Source of the DNA: OCS116 cluster bacterium AG-435-F03
GTDB taxonomy: Bacteria > Pseudomonadota > Alphaproteobacteria > MED-G09
Reading direction: 5' to 3'
Assembly (NCBI GenBank): GCA_003212795.1
Contig: QCOV01000001.1
Coordinates: 695,231-759,230, forward strand
Length of the DNA: 64,000 nt
Positions 1 through 8,398 of the stretch are shown piece by piece. Each line of letters opens with the position of its first letter. Position 1 is the stretch's first letter. A model generated the notes under the pieces. That model did not search any database, was not told the origin of the DNA, and saw only the letters and a program-made list of their open reading frames with translations. A program made the translations under genes and the position numbers.

Positions 1-473
1 AGTGGATCGTTTGCAAATTGCTCTTTTTTGGACGACGACCAGGAAAATCCTCCATGTCGATGAGCATAACTAAGCGGTATTACATGATCTATGTCTATAT
101 CTGATGCATCGGTAAGAAGAACTCCAGTTAGTTGGCCGATCCAAGAACCTTTAAGTACTCGGCAATCTCTGGAAGTGGCAAATTCTACCCTTGCCTGTGA
201 TTGTGATATCAATACTTCTGCCCGAGTATTCTGACAGTCTCTATCTTCATCTATCCAATGCTTCCAATCTTTTCTATTATATCGTTTTATCCCTTTATTA
301 TTAACCGCTTCATCACCTGTTAGATCTGAGCAAGCATTGCTGTGACAATGATAAACGGAGGTTGATCTATTGTAATGACCCCCATTAGAGTCTGTTCGAC
401 CAGGGTGAGAAAAAGAGGAATTTCCAAAAAATATAAAAGTTAAGGCGATCAAGAAAGATAAACGAATTTTCAT
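1..473 (-). CDS. Secreted HNH/DUF1524-type nuclease with an N-terminal YHYH-like His-rich motif. The gene's 3' end runs off the window and it is not in the ORF track.
   Basis: Hand translation of the reverse strand from the ATG at 473-471 gives MKIRLSFLIALTFIFFGNSSFS (signal-peptide-like), then HPGRTDSNGGHYNRSTSVYHCH ... DIDIDHVIPLSYAHRHGGFSWSSSKKEQFANDP. The D-H-[VI]-x-P-L ... W ... N-D-P pattern is typical of HNH-like DUF1524 nucleases. The frame stays open to position 1. Confidence 0.6.
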   Translation of the reverse strand, partial: MKIRLSFLIALTFIFFGNSSFSHPGRTDSNGGHYNRSTSVYHCHSNACSDLTGDEAVNNKGIKRYNRKDWKHWIDEDRDCQNTRAEVLISQSQARVEFATSRDCRVLKGSWIGQLTGVLLTDASDIDIDHVIPLSYAHRHGGFSWSSSKKEQFANDP

Positions 474-490
474 AATTTTTTTACTGACAT

Positions 491-1981
491 CTAAGAAATA
501 TGCTTTGCTTTATATTGTGTAAATTCTTTCTTAACGACTCCGGCAAGAAGATAAACACCAATTAAATTTGGTATTGCCATCAAGAAAAGAGAGGAGTCAG
601 ATAAATCTATTACTTTAGTTAGGTCCAAAGATGCTCCAACTATTGCAAATGAACAAAAGATTAATTTATATAATAGTTCAATGGATTTTTTTTCACCAAA
701 AATAAATGTTACTGCTTTTACACCATAATACGACCAAGAAATAGCTGTTGAAAATGCAAAAAGAATTGCAACAATAGCTAATAAATAAGGGAACCAAGGT
801 AGAACTGATCCAAACGCTTGGGATGTCATTCTTGCTCCCTCTATGCCACTGCCTGAACTAAAAACGCCAGTAGTTATAATTACAAGAGCCGTGATGGTGC
901 AAATCACAACGGTATCTATAAATGGTTCAAGCAAGGAGACAATGCCTTCCGTCGCAGGTTCATTTGTTTTAACTGCTGAATGTGCAATTGGCGCAGAGCC
1001 TATACCTGCTTCATTCGAGAATACCGCCCTTCTAAAGCCCAATATCAAAACACCTAAAAATCCACCTGTAACCCCTTCTGGAGAGAATGCGCCAACAAAA
1101 ATAGATTTAAGCGCAATTGGAATTTGATCAATATTTACAATTAATATAACTAACGCACTAATAATATATATTATTGCCATGCTTGGGACTAATTTTGATG
1201 TCACTGCAGCAATCCTTTTTATGCCTCCAATTATCACTACCCCTAAAAGAAATGCAAAAATTACCCCATAAACCCATGAATTAAGGTCTAAAAAACCACC
1301 TTGGCCACCAGAAACATAGATAATCAAATCCAAAGATTGATTTACCTGAAACATATTTCCACCGCCCAATGAGGCAAATACACAAAAAATAGCAAACATG
1401 TAAGCCAAAAATTTTCCTAAAATTGGCATCCCTTTTTCCGATAAGCCTTTTGTAAGATAATACATTGCACCACCAGATACACTCCCATCAGGATTTATGT
1501 TTCTGTATTTAACTCCAAGCGTACATTCACAAAATTTAAGAGACATCCCAAGTAAACCCGATAATATCATCCAAAATGTTGCTCCAGGACCTCCAAGAGA
1601 TATTGCAACTGCAACACCGCCAATATTTCCTAAACCTACAGTGCCAGATAATGCAGTTGAAAGGGCCTTAAAATGCGAAACCTCTCCAGAAGAATCACTG
1701 CTTGTGTATTTACCGCTAACAAGGGCAATAGAATGCCTAAAAGCGCTAAAATTCACAAATTTAAAGTAAAATGTACAAAAAAGTCCTCCTAAAATTAACC
1801 AAATTACAATCAACTCAACATTTGTTGAGCCCAGAGGTAAACTATAAAAAACTATACTGGAGACTACTTTTGAAACAGGCTCAAGAAAATTATTAATACT
1901 TTCATCAATCCCTGCAAAAACCTTTATCGGAGTAAAAGATATCAAATTTAATAAAATTATATTATATAAATTTCTTTTCAT
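491..1981 (-). CDS. Alanine/glycine:cation symporter (AGCS family)
   Basis: 496 aa polytopic membrane protein. Segments LSGTVGLGNIGGVAVAISLGGPGATFWM and FSNEAGIGSAPIAHSA are typical of the sodium:alanine symporter family. Confidence 0.9.
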   Translation of the reverse strand: MKRNLYNIILLNLISFTPIKVFAGIDESINNFLEPVSKVVSSIVFYSLPLGSTNVELIVIWLILGGLFCTFYFKFVNFSAFRHSIALVSGKYTSSDSSGEVSHFKALSTALSGTVGLGNIGGVAVAISLGGPGATFWMILSGLLGMSLKFCECTLGVKYRNINPDGSVSGGAMYYLTKGLSEKGMPILGKFLAYMFAIFCVFASLGGGNMFQVNQSLDLIIYVSGGQGGFLDLNSWVYGVIFAFLLGVVIIGGIKRIAAVTSKLVPSMAIIYIISALVILIVNIDQIPIALKSIFVGAFSPEGVTGGFLGVLILGFRRAVFSNEAGIGSAPIAHSAVKTNEPATEGIVSLLEPFIDTVVICTITALVIITTGVFSSGSGIEGARMTSQAFGSVLPWFPYLLAIVAILFAFSTAISWSYYGVKAVTFIFGEKKSIELLYKLIFCSFAIVGASLDLTKVIDLSDSSLFLMAIPNLIGVYLLAGVVKKEFTQYKAKHIS

Positions 1982-2066
1982 AAAATTGAGTAATCCTATA
2001 GATTAAATAGGATATTATTTGGTAAATATTTAAATACAAACAATTTAATGATTTTTTAGGATAATT

Positions 2067-2813
2067 ATGGCTTCTCTTGAGATTAATTCACTAGTTAAAA
2101 AATTTTCTGAAACTACAGCTATAAATGATATTTCGATAAGAATATTAGATGGGGAAATGGTAGGTATTATAGGCAAGTCAGGTGCGGGTAAATCTACACT
2201 CATGAGATTAATTAATCGATTAATCGAACCGACAAGCGGATCTATTGCTTATAATGGAATTGAAATTACCTCTCTTAAAGGTAAAAACTTAAAACAATGG
2301 CGGTCGAAATGTGCAATGATTTTTCAACAATTCAATCTAATAGATCGCTTAGATGTATTAACGAATGTCTTAAGTGGAACATTAGGTATTAATTTTAAAT
2401 TACTGAAATTATTGAAGATTTATAGTAAAAAAGAAAAAATTGAAGCGCTAACATATTTAAATAATTTAGATCTTTCAGATAAAGCGCTGCAAAGAGTTGG
2501 AACGCTCTCTGGGGGTCAACAGCAGAGAGTGGCTATCGCAAGAGCGATGATGCAGAATCCATCAATTTTACTTGCAGATGAACCTATTTCTTCTTTGGAT
2601 CCAAAAAACTCAAAGGTTGTTATGGATGACATAAAAAAGATTAATAAAAAAGATGGCATCATGGTCATATGTAACCTTCACTCCCTAGAAATAGCTAAAG
2701 AATATTGTGATCGTTTGATTGGTTTATCTGATGGAAAAATAGTCTTTGACGGCCATCCATCCTCTCTCACTAAAGAATTAGCAGAACAATTATACGATTT
2801 AGAAAATGAATGA
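2067..2813 (+). CDS. phnC: Phosphonate ABC transporter ATP-binding protein
   Basis: Walker A GKSGAGKST, signature LSGGQQQR and Walker B LLADEP. The FQQFNLIDRLDVLTNVL block matches E. coli PhnC FQQFNLVNRLSVLENVL. Confidence 0.9.
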   Translation: MASLEINSLVKKFSETTAINDISIRILDGEMVGIIGKSGAGKSTLMRLINRLIEPTSGSIAYNGIEITSLKGKNLKQWRSKCAMIFQQFNLIDRLDVLTNVLSGTLGINFKLLKLLKIYSKKEKIEALTYLNNLDLSDKALQRVGTLSGGQQQRVAIARAMMQNPSILLADEPISSLDPKNSKVVMDDIKKINKKDGIMVICNLHSLEIAKEYCDRLIGLSDGKIVFDGHPSSLTKELAEQLYDLENE

Positions 2814-3684
2814 TTCTCTTCTTAAAAGGCATATAACTATATATTCTGAGCAATTAAGAAGCAGAAGATTATGGAATATATTTATCATTCTTATTTTTGC
2901 TGTATCTTTTTTTATGAGTTCTTCAATAATTGACTTTAATTTATCTCAAATAATTGATGGTTTTCCGAGACTTAGTGATTATATCGTTAAAATACTACCT
3001 AATCTTGATATTAATCTAATTCTCGAAAACTCAAAAACTGAAGGCTCCATTCAATATTGGTATTTTAATTTTAAAAAATACGCCGCCCTTCTCTATGAAA
3101 CATTTAATATGGCGGTTTTAGCGACCTTAATGGGTTTTATATTTGCTTTAATCTTAAGTTTTTTGTCAGCTAAAAACATAACTCCAAATATTTATAGCTA
3201 CCATCTCGTAAAAAGAATTTTAGAATTCCTCAGAGGGGTTCCTGAAATTATATTTGCTATACTTTTTGTTTGGGCTCTAGGTGTCGGTCCTCTAGCAGGT
3301 ATTATAGCAATAACTATTCATACAACTGGTGCATTAGGAAAGTTATTTTCGGAAGTTCATGAAAATGCAGACTTGAAAACATGCGAAGCTATTCGATCTC
3401 ATGGAGGTAATTGGGTTTCTGAAATGCGTTATGGAATAATCCCAAAAGTTCTTCCGAATATAATATCTTATGCTCTTTTGAGATTTGAGATCAACATAAG
3501 AGCGTCAACTGTTATAGGATTTGTTGGAGCTGGAGGAATCGGCCAAGAGCTTTATCTTGTAATTAATTTCAATTATTACGAAGAAGTAAGCGCAATAATT
3601 CTTCTGATTATATTAACCGTTATAACTATAGATATTTCATCAGGAAGAATTAGGCAAAAAATTATTGGAGAGATGGGTGTCTGA
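2806..3684 (+). CDS. phnE: Phosphonate ABC transporter permease
   Basis: PhnE-type permease motifs LRGVPEIIFAILFV and FVGAGGIGQELY. The ATG overlaps the phnC stop. Confidence 0.85.
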   Translation: MNDSLLKRHITIYSEQLRSRRLWNIFIILIFAVSFFMSSSIIDFNLSQIIDGFPRLSDYIVKILPNLDINLILENSKTEGSIQYWYFNFKKYAALLYETFNMAVLATLMGFIFALILSFLSAKNITPNIYSYHLVKRILEFLRGVPEIIFAILFVWALGVGPLAGIIAITIHTTGALGKLFSEVHENADLKTCEAIRSHGGNWVSEMRYGIIPKVLPNIISYALLRFEINIRASTVIGFVGAGGIGQELYLVINFNYYEEVSAIILLIILTVITIDISSGRIRQKIIGEMGV

Positions 3685-4501
3685 AAAAGATATAATATCA
3701 CTCTGTCCGAAAGCATTTTACCCTTTATGGAAACGCTCACCAATAGTTTTTACAGGTTACATACTAGTAATTTTCTATTTTCTATTTTGCTTATATTATT
3801 TTGATTTCTCCTTAGGAAAAATACTTTCTGGTCTTTCAAATATGAAACCTATTTTAGTTGCAATGTTTACCTGGAATGATTTTTTTAATTGGAATTTTAA
3901 TTCTATCTTCACTGGTCTAGCTCAAACACTTGGTATGGCATTCTTAGGTACATTCTTAGCCACTTTGGTGTGTATACCAATTAGTTTTGTTGCTTCGCGT
4001 CAAATTTTCAAATTTGGTTTAATACGTTTTCTTATAAAACGCTTTTTAGATTTTATTAGAGGAGTTGATATTTTAATCTGGGCAATTATTTATGTAAGAG
4101 CATTCGGTTTAGGACCATTTGCTGGGTTACTATCTATATTCACAGTTGATGTAGGAACACTTGGAAAGTTATTTTCAGAAGCAACAGATAATGCTGATGC
4201 TCGTCAAATTGAAGGTATGCAATCAACCGGTGCCAGCAAGATTTCAGTAATTCGTTACGGATTAATTCCGCAAATTTTTCCAATATTTATTTCGCAAAGC
4301 TTATATTTCTTTGAGTCTAATACAAGATCAGCAGTAATTCTTGGTGTTGTTGGTGCTGGAGGAATTGGTTTACAGCTAACTGAGAGAATGAAGGCGCAAT
4401 ACTGGGATCAAACTCTATTTATCATAATATTAATTCTTATAATGGTTGCGATTATCGATACAGCATCAAGAATTATTAGGAAAAATATCATAGATGAATA
4501 A
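3665..4501 (+). CDS. phnE: Phosphonate ABC transporter permease (second copy)
   Basis: Motifs IRGVDILIWAIIYV and VVGAGGIGLQL. The start is non-ATG (TTG 3665 or in-frame GTG 3677) and overlaps the end of the first phnE, so the start is uncertain. Confidence 0.8.
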   Translation: MERWVSEKDIISLCPKAFYPLWKRSPIVFTGYILVIFYFLFCLYYFDFSLGKILSGLSNMKPILVAMFTWNDFFNWNFNSIFTGLAQTLGMAFLGTFLATLVCIPISFVASRQIFKFGLIRFLIKRFLDFIRGVDILIWAIIYVRAFGLGPFAGLLSIFTVDVGTLGKLFSEATDNADARQIEGMQSTGASKISVIRYGLIPQIFPIFISQSLYFFESNTRSAVILGVVGAGGIGLQLTERMKAQYWDQTLFIIILILIMVAIIDTASRIIRKNIIDE

Positions 4502-5864
4502 ATTCTTTAATGAATCCAAATATTTCTTTCGTATTGGCTTTCCAATGCTTGGTTCACAATTATCATTTATGATTATGTCAGCTACGGATACAATAGTTGC
4601 TGGAAGAGCCGGAGCTGACCAACTCGCAGGTCTTGTAATAGCCAATTCCTTTACTTATCCGATTTTCATGTTTATGGCGGGGATAATTTTTTCTGTCATT
4701 CCAATTGTAGCGCAACTTAATGGTGCAAATAAAGATCTAGAAATAGGTCAAAAAATAAGAGAAGTCTTTTGGTTGGCTACTTTACTTGGCCTTCTTTTAG
4801 TTATTATTTTCTATTTTGGTAGCCAATTACTGATCTTTTTGCCTATTGATGAAACAATTACTTCAATATCTATTTCTTATCTCAAAGCAATTTCCATAGG
4901 TATGTTTTTCTATATATTGTATAGACTGTTAAGTTCATATAGCGAGGGTTTAACTCTTACAATTCCAGTTTTCATAGTTGTCTTCATGGGCGCATTAATA
5001 AATATCCCGCTGGATATAATATTTGTATATGGATATTTCGGATTACCAGAGATGGGAGGTGTTGGTTGTGGATATGCTACAACAATAGTTTCAACACTAA
5101 TGTTTGTTGCAATGCTTGGCATTGTTTTATTTTCCAAATCCTATAAGAAAAATAAATTATTCAGTAGATTTGATGGGCCATCTTTGAAAACCTCCATGGA
5201 GGTTTTCAAGCTTGGGACCCCCATTGGTTTTGGAATATTTGTTGAATTAAGCATGTATTCAGGGGCTGCCATAATTCTAGCACCGCTTGGGGAAAATGTT
5301 GTCTCGGGTCATGCTGTTGCACTCAACATTGCAAGTATTGTTTTTATGTTACCGCTGGCTATTGGTCTTGCCGCATCAACGAGGGTCGGTAATCTTCTGG
5401 GAGAAAAGAGGTATATTGATGCACGATATTCATCCAAGGTTTCTGTATACCTATGTTTAATAGGCGCCCTATTTAATATGACACTCCTAGTCACACTGGG
5501 TGACAAACTTATATCACTTTATACAACCGATCTTATGGTTTTTTCCGTTGCAAGTCATTTAATTGTTTTTGCCGCCATTTTCCAAATTCCCGATGGTATT
5601 GGCATGGGAAGTCTTGGGGCATTGAGAGGATATAAAGATACTTTCATGACAATGGTTTTCATCATTATTGCCTATTGGGTATTTGCTATCCCTTTTGGGT
5701 ACTATCTTACCTATTACGGCATAAACCAACCCATGGGAGAAAGCGGAATGTGGATTAGCATGATTGTCGGTTTGACAATATTTGCAACTCTTATTTCAAG
5801 AAGATTAAATAAAATCTCAGGGCTTCATGCTGTGATCAGAAAAGAGAAGGTTCCTCAATTTTGA
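4494..5864 (+). CDS. MATE family efflux transporter
   Basis: 456 aa, about 12 TM segments, NorM/DinF-like N-terminus (PMLGSQLSFMIMSATDTIVAGRAG). The ATG overlaps the phnE stop. Confidence 0.85.
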   Translation: MNKFFNESKYFFRIGFPMLGSQLSFMIMSATDTIVAGRAGADQLAGLVIANSFTYPIFMFMAGIIFSVIPIVAQLNGANKDLEIGQKIREVFWLATLLGLLLVIIFYFGSQLLIFLPIDETITSISISYLKAISIGMFFYILYRLLSSYSEGLTLTIPVFIVVFMGALINIPLDIIFVYGYFGLPEMGGVGCGYATTIVSTLMFVAMLGIVLFSKSYKKNKLFSRFDGPSLKTSMEVFKLGTPIGFGIFVELSMYSGAAIILAPLGENVVSGHAVALNIASIVFMLPLAIGLAASTRVGNLLGEKRYIDARYSSKVSVYLCLIGALFNMTLLVTLGDKLISLYTTDLMVFSVASHLIVFAAIFQIPDGIGMGSLGALRGYKDTFMTMVFIIIAYWVFAIPFGYYLTYYGINQPMGESGMWISMIVGLTIFATLISRRLNKISGLHAVIRKEKVPQF

Positions 5865-5886
5865 AATTATTCATTGTTTCATAAAC

Positions 5887-6810
5887 CTATACGGGGCAAA
5901 GCCATTTATTAAATTTATTGTCTTTTCCTTCAGTGACTCTCAGTAATCGGTTTTTTAGAATCATCGTTGTTTTTCCTGCTTTACCATTTCCAACAGGCTT
6001 TCCATCTAGACTGTTGACTGGATAAACAAGATGACTAGATGATGTGATGAAAACCTCCTTTGCCTCTTCGAGCTCCCTTCTAGGAATGCGTCCAATGTTC
6101 ATTTCGATACCCTCGTCTTCAGCTATCTCGATAATACTCATTCGGGTAATACCGTGCAAAACTTCGTCCTCGTGAGCCGTCCTGAGGACTCCACCTTGAT
6201 TAACTATAAATACATTCGATGTTGGTGCCTCAGTTACATAGTCCTCACTATCAGTAAGAATGATTTCATCGTATCCATTTTTTCTTGCTTTCCACTTGGC
6301 CATCATTGGAGAGGTATAATTAGCAGCTATCTTTATCTGCGGTTCAATGATGTCCTGTCTTCTCTGATGCCGCTCTTTCTCAATCCACACACTTAACTGC
6401 TTGGAACTATGAAATGGCTGCGAATTCTTTTTGATAATATCCTTCTGAGGATCATAAGCAGCAATAGCAACTTTGGTAAACGGGTCCTGGGGTACTACGT
6501 CAATTTCTATGGACGCAATATAAACACTGATTTTAATGAATTTACTTCCAGGATTTTCTTTAACCGTATCAAAAACTGCATCAATTAATTCATTCTCCAT
6601 ATAGTCAATGGGAATTCCTGCCATAAGGCATGATTTGAGAAGTCTCTCGATATGTTTATCAACCCTAAAAATAAATGTTCCATTTTCATTTTCGAAAATA
6701 GGAATAAAACCGAAAATCAAGGAACCCCTTTGATGGGAGTGCGACAAAATATGAACTGACGCATCATTCCACTCAACAAACTCTCCATCTATCCAAATTT
6801 TTCTTTTCAT
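5887..6810 (-). CDS. PLP fold-type IV (class IV) aminotransferase, BCAT-like but with a divergent substrate fingerprint
   Basis: Aligns by eye with E. coli IlvE along its length. The Lys (QIKIAANY vs AAKAGGNY), HxxRL (KHIERL) and E (TEAPTSNVF) motifs are kept, but FEGIR and YIR are replaced. Confidence 0.75.
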   Translation of the reverse strand: MKRKIWIDGEFVEWNDASVHILSHSHQRGSLIFGFIPIFENENGTFIFRVDKHIERLLKSCLMAGIPIDYMENELIDAVFDTVKENPGSKFIKISVYIASIEIDVVPQDPFTKVAIAAYDPQKDIIKKNSQPFHSSKQLSVWIEKERHQRRQDIIEPQIKIAANYTSPMMAKWKARKNGYDEIILTDSEDYVTEAPTSNVFIVNQGGVLRTAHEDEVLHGITRMSIIEIAEDEGIEMNIGRIPRRELEEAKEVFITSSSHLVYPVNSLDGKPVGNGKAGKTTMILKNRLLRVTEGKDNKFNKWLCPV

Positions 6811-6858
6811 ATTATTTAACGAATCACCTTTAAATTTTTATGATAACCTAAAATTGCT

Positions 6859-7602
6859 ATGTACCCTATTCTGATAAACATATGGATGACTATTGGTATT
6901 ATTACCTTCATCATTTTACTTATAATAAGTGCTCCCTATGGCAGGCACTCAAGATCAGGATGGGGATTAACTATACCCAAAAGACTTGGATGGATAGTAA
7001 TGGAAAGCCCAGCATTATATCTTCTCTGGATATACTATTTTCTTTATGATGGATTTAGTAATCCTGTTCTCATTTTCTTTTTGATTATCTGGTCAGTACA
7101 TTATTTCAATAGAAGCTTTATATGGCCAATGAGAATAAAAAAAGATGGAACAATGCCCGTTTTAGTTGCCTTAATGGCCTTTTTGTTTAATGCCGTTAAC
7201 ACATTTTTACATGGCTATTGGTTTTTTCTTTTGGATATTAATTACGATATATCATGGTTTTCTGAGCCAGTTTTCATAATTGGTTTTTTGATATTTATTA
7301 TAGGTGCTTTCATTAATATTCATTCAGACAATATTTTAATGCGGTTAGCAAAAAATACAGAGCATGGATACAAAATTCCACAAGAAGGATTGTATAAATA
7401 TGTATCTAGTCCAAATTATTTGGGGGAAATTATAGAATGGCTTGGATGGGCCATTCTCACTTGGAGCGTATCTGGATTAGTATTCTTTTTCTGGACAATA
7501 TTTAATTTACTTCCAAGAGCTATAAGCCATCATAAATGGTATAAAGAAAAATTTGAGGATTACCCAAAAGAGAGAAAAATAATTATTCCAAAAATCCTTT
7601 AA
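6859..7602 (+). CDS. 3-oxo-5-alpha-steroid 4-dehydrogenase (SRD5A)-like membrane reductase
   Basis: 247 aa polytopic protein. APYGRHSRSGWG near the N-terminus and C-terminal PNYLGEIIEWLGWA are typical of the steroid 5-alpha-reductase / DUF1295 superfamily. Confidence 0.75.
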   Translation: MYPILINIWMTIGIITFIILLIISAPYGRHSRSGWGLTIPKRLGWIVMESPALYLLWIYYFLYDGFSNPVLIFFLIIWSVHYFNRSFIWPMRIKKDGTMPVLVALMAFLFNAVNTFLHGYWFFLLDINYDISWFSEPVFIIGFLIFIIGAFINIHSDNILMRLAKNTEHGYKIPQEGLYKYVSSPNYLGEIIEWLGWAILTWSVSGLVFFFWTIFNLLPRAISHHKWYKEKFEDYPKERKIIIPKIL

Positions 7603-8396
7603 GGTCTCTTTCTCATAATTAGTTTGTAATATAAATTTGTTAACAATTTTGGAGTTAACCACATAAGGAAAGCCAGAAACTTATTAATTCCACCGTTAAT
7701 ATATAAATCTTTACCCTTCATTGTCTCGTCAAAAGCTTGTTTGGCTACGGTTTTTGAGTTCATCCACATAAAACTTGGTATAGAACTTTTGAATTCGCCC
7801 ATTTGATCGTGAAATTCTGTATGAGTAAAACCTGGGCAAACAGCACAACAATAAATATTATTATCTTTATATTCTTTATGAATACCCTCTGAAAATTTAA
7901 TTACCATTGATTTAACGGCAGTATACATACCCCCAGAGTTTGATGCTGGAGCAAATCCTGCAAGTGAGGCAATATTAATAATTCTTCCAAAACCATTACT
8001 TATCATATTTTGTATAAATAACTGGGTTAAAGATACAACTGATGTTGATAAAACATTAATAAAATTTATGTGGTCTTCATATGAAATCTTGTGAAAGCTA
8101 TCTAAAGTTCCATAACCTGCATTATTGACTAAAAAATCAGGCATAAGATCATTTCTTTTACATTCATCATAAATTCTCTCATATTCAGGTATCTGACTTA
8201 AATCTGCTGCAATAACCATTATTTTTATTGAAAACTTTTCCTGTATATCTTCCTTTATCTTGATAAGGTTATCTTCACGCCTTGCTAAAAGGATCAGATT
8301 AATGCCCTTTTCAGCCATAATATATGCTATATCTTTACCTATCCCAGATGAAGCTCCTGTAATAAGAGCATTTTTTCCAATAAAATTATCTGCCAT
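7599..8396 (-). CDS. Short-chain dehydrogenase/reductase (SDR)
   Basis: TGASSGIG cofactor motif, NNAG, and catalytic YTAVK (YxxxK). Confidence 0.85.
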   Translation of the reverse strand: MADNFIGKNALITGASSGIGKDIAYIMAEKGINLILLARREDNLIKIKEDIQEKFSIKIMVIAADLSQIPEYERIYDECKRNDLMPDFLVNNAGYGTLDSFHKISYEDHINFINVLSTSVVSLTQLFIQNMISNGFGRIINIASLAGFAPASNSGGMYTAVKSMVIKFSEGIHKEYKDNNIYCCAVCPGFTHTEFHDQMGEFKSSIPSFMWMNSKTVAKQAFDETMKGKDLYINGGINKFLAFLMWLTPKLLTNLYYKLIMRKRP

Positions 8397-8398
8397 AT

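Noticed and set aside
1992-2014. A 7-bp inverted repeat ATCCTAT/ATAGGAT in the AGCS-phnC divergent spacer, as a possible operator or Pho box.
   Set aside because: It is short and AT-rich, so it is expected by chance in this composition. It does not resemble the direct-repeat Pho box architecture.
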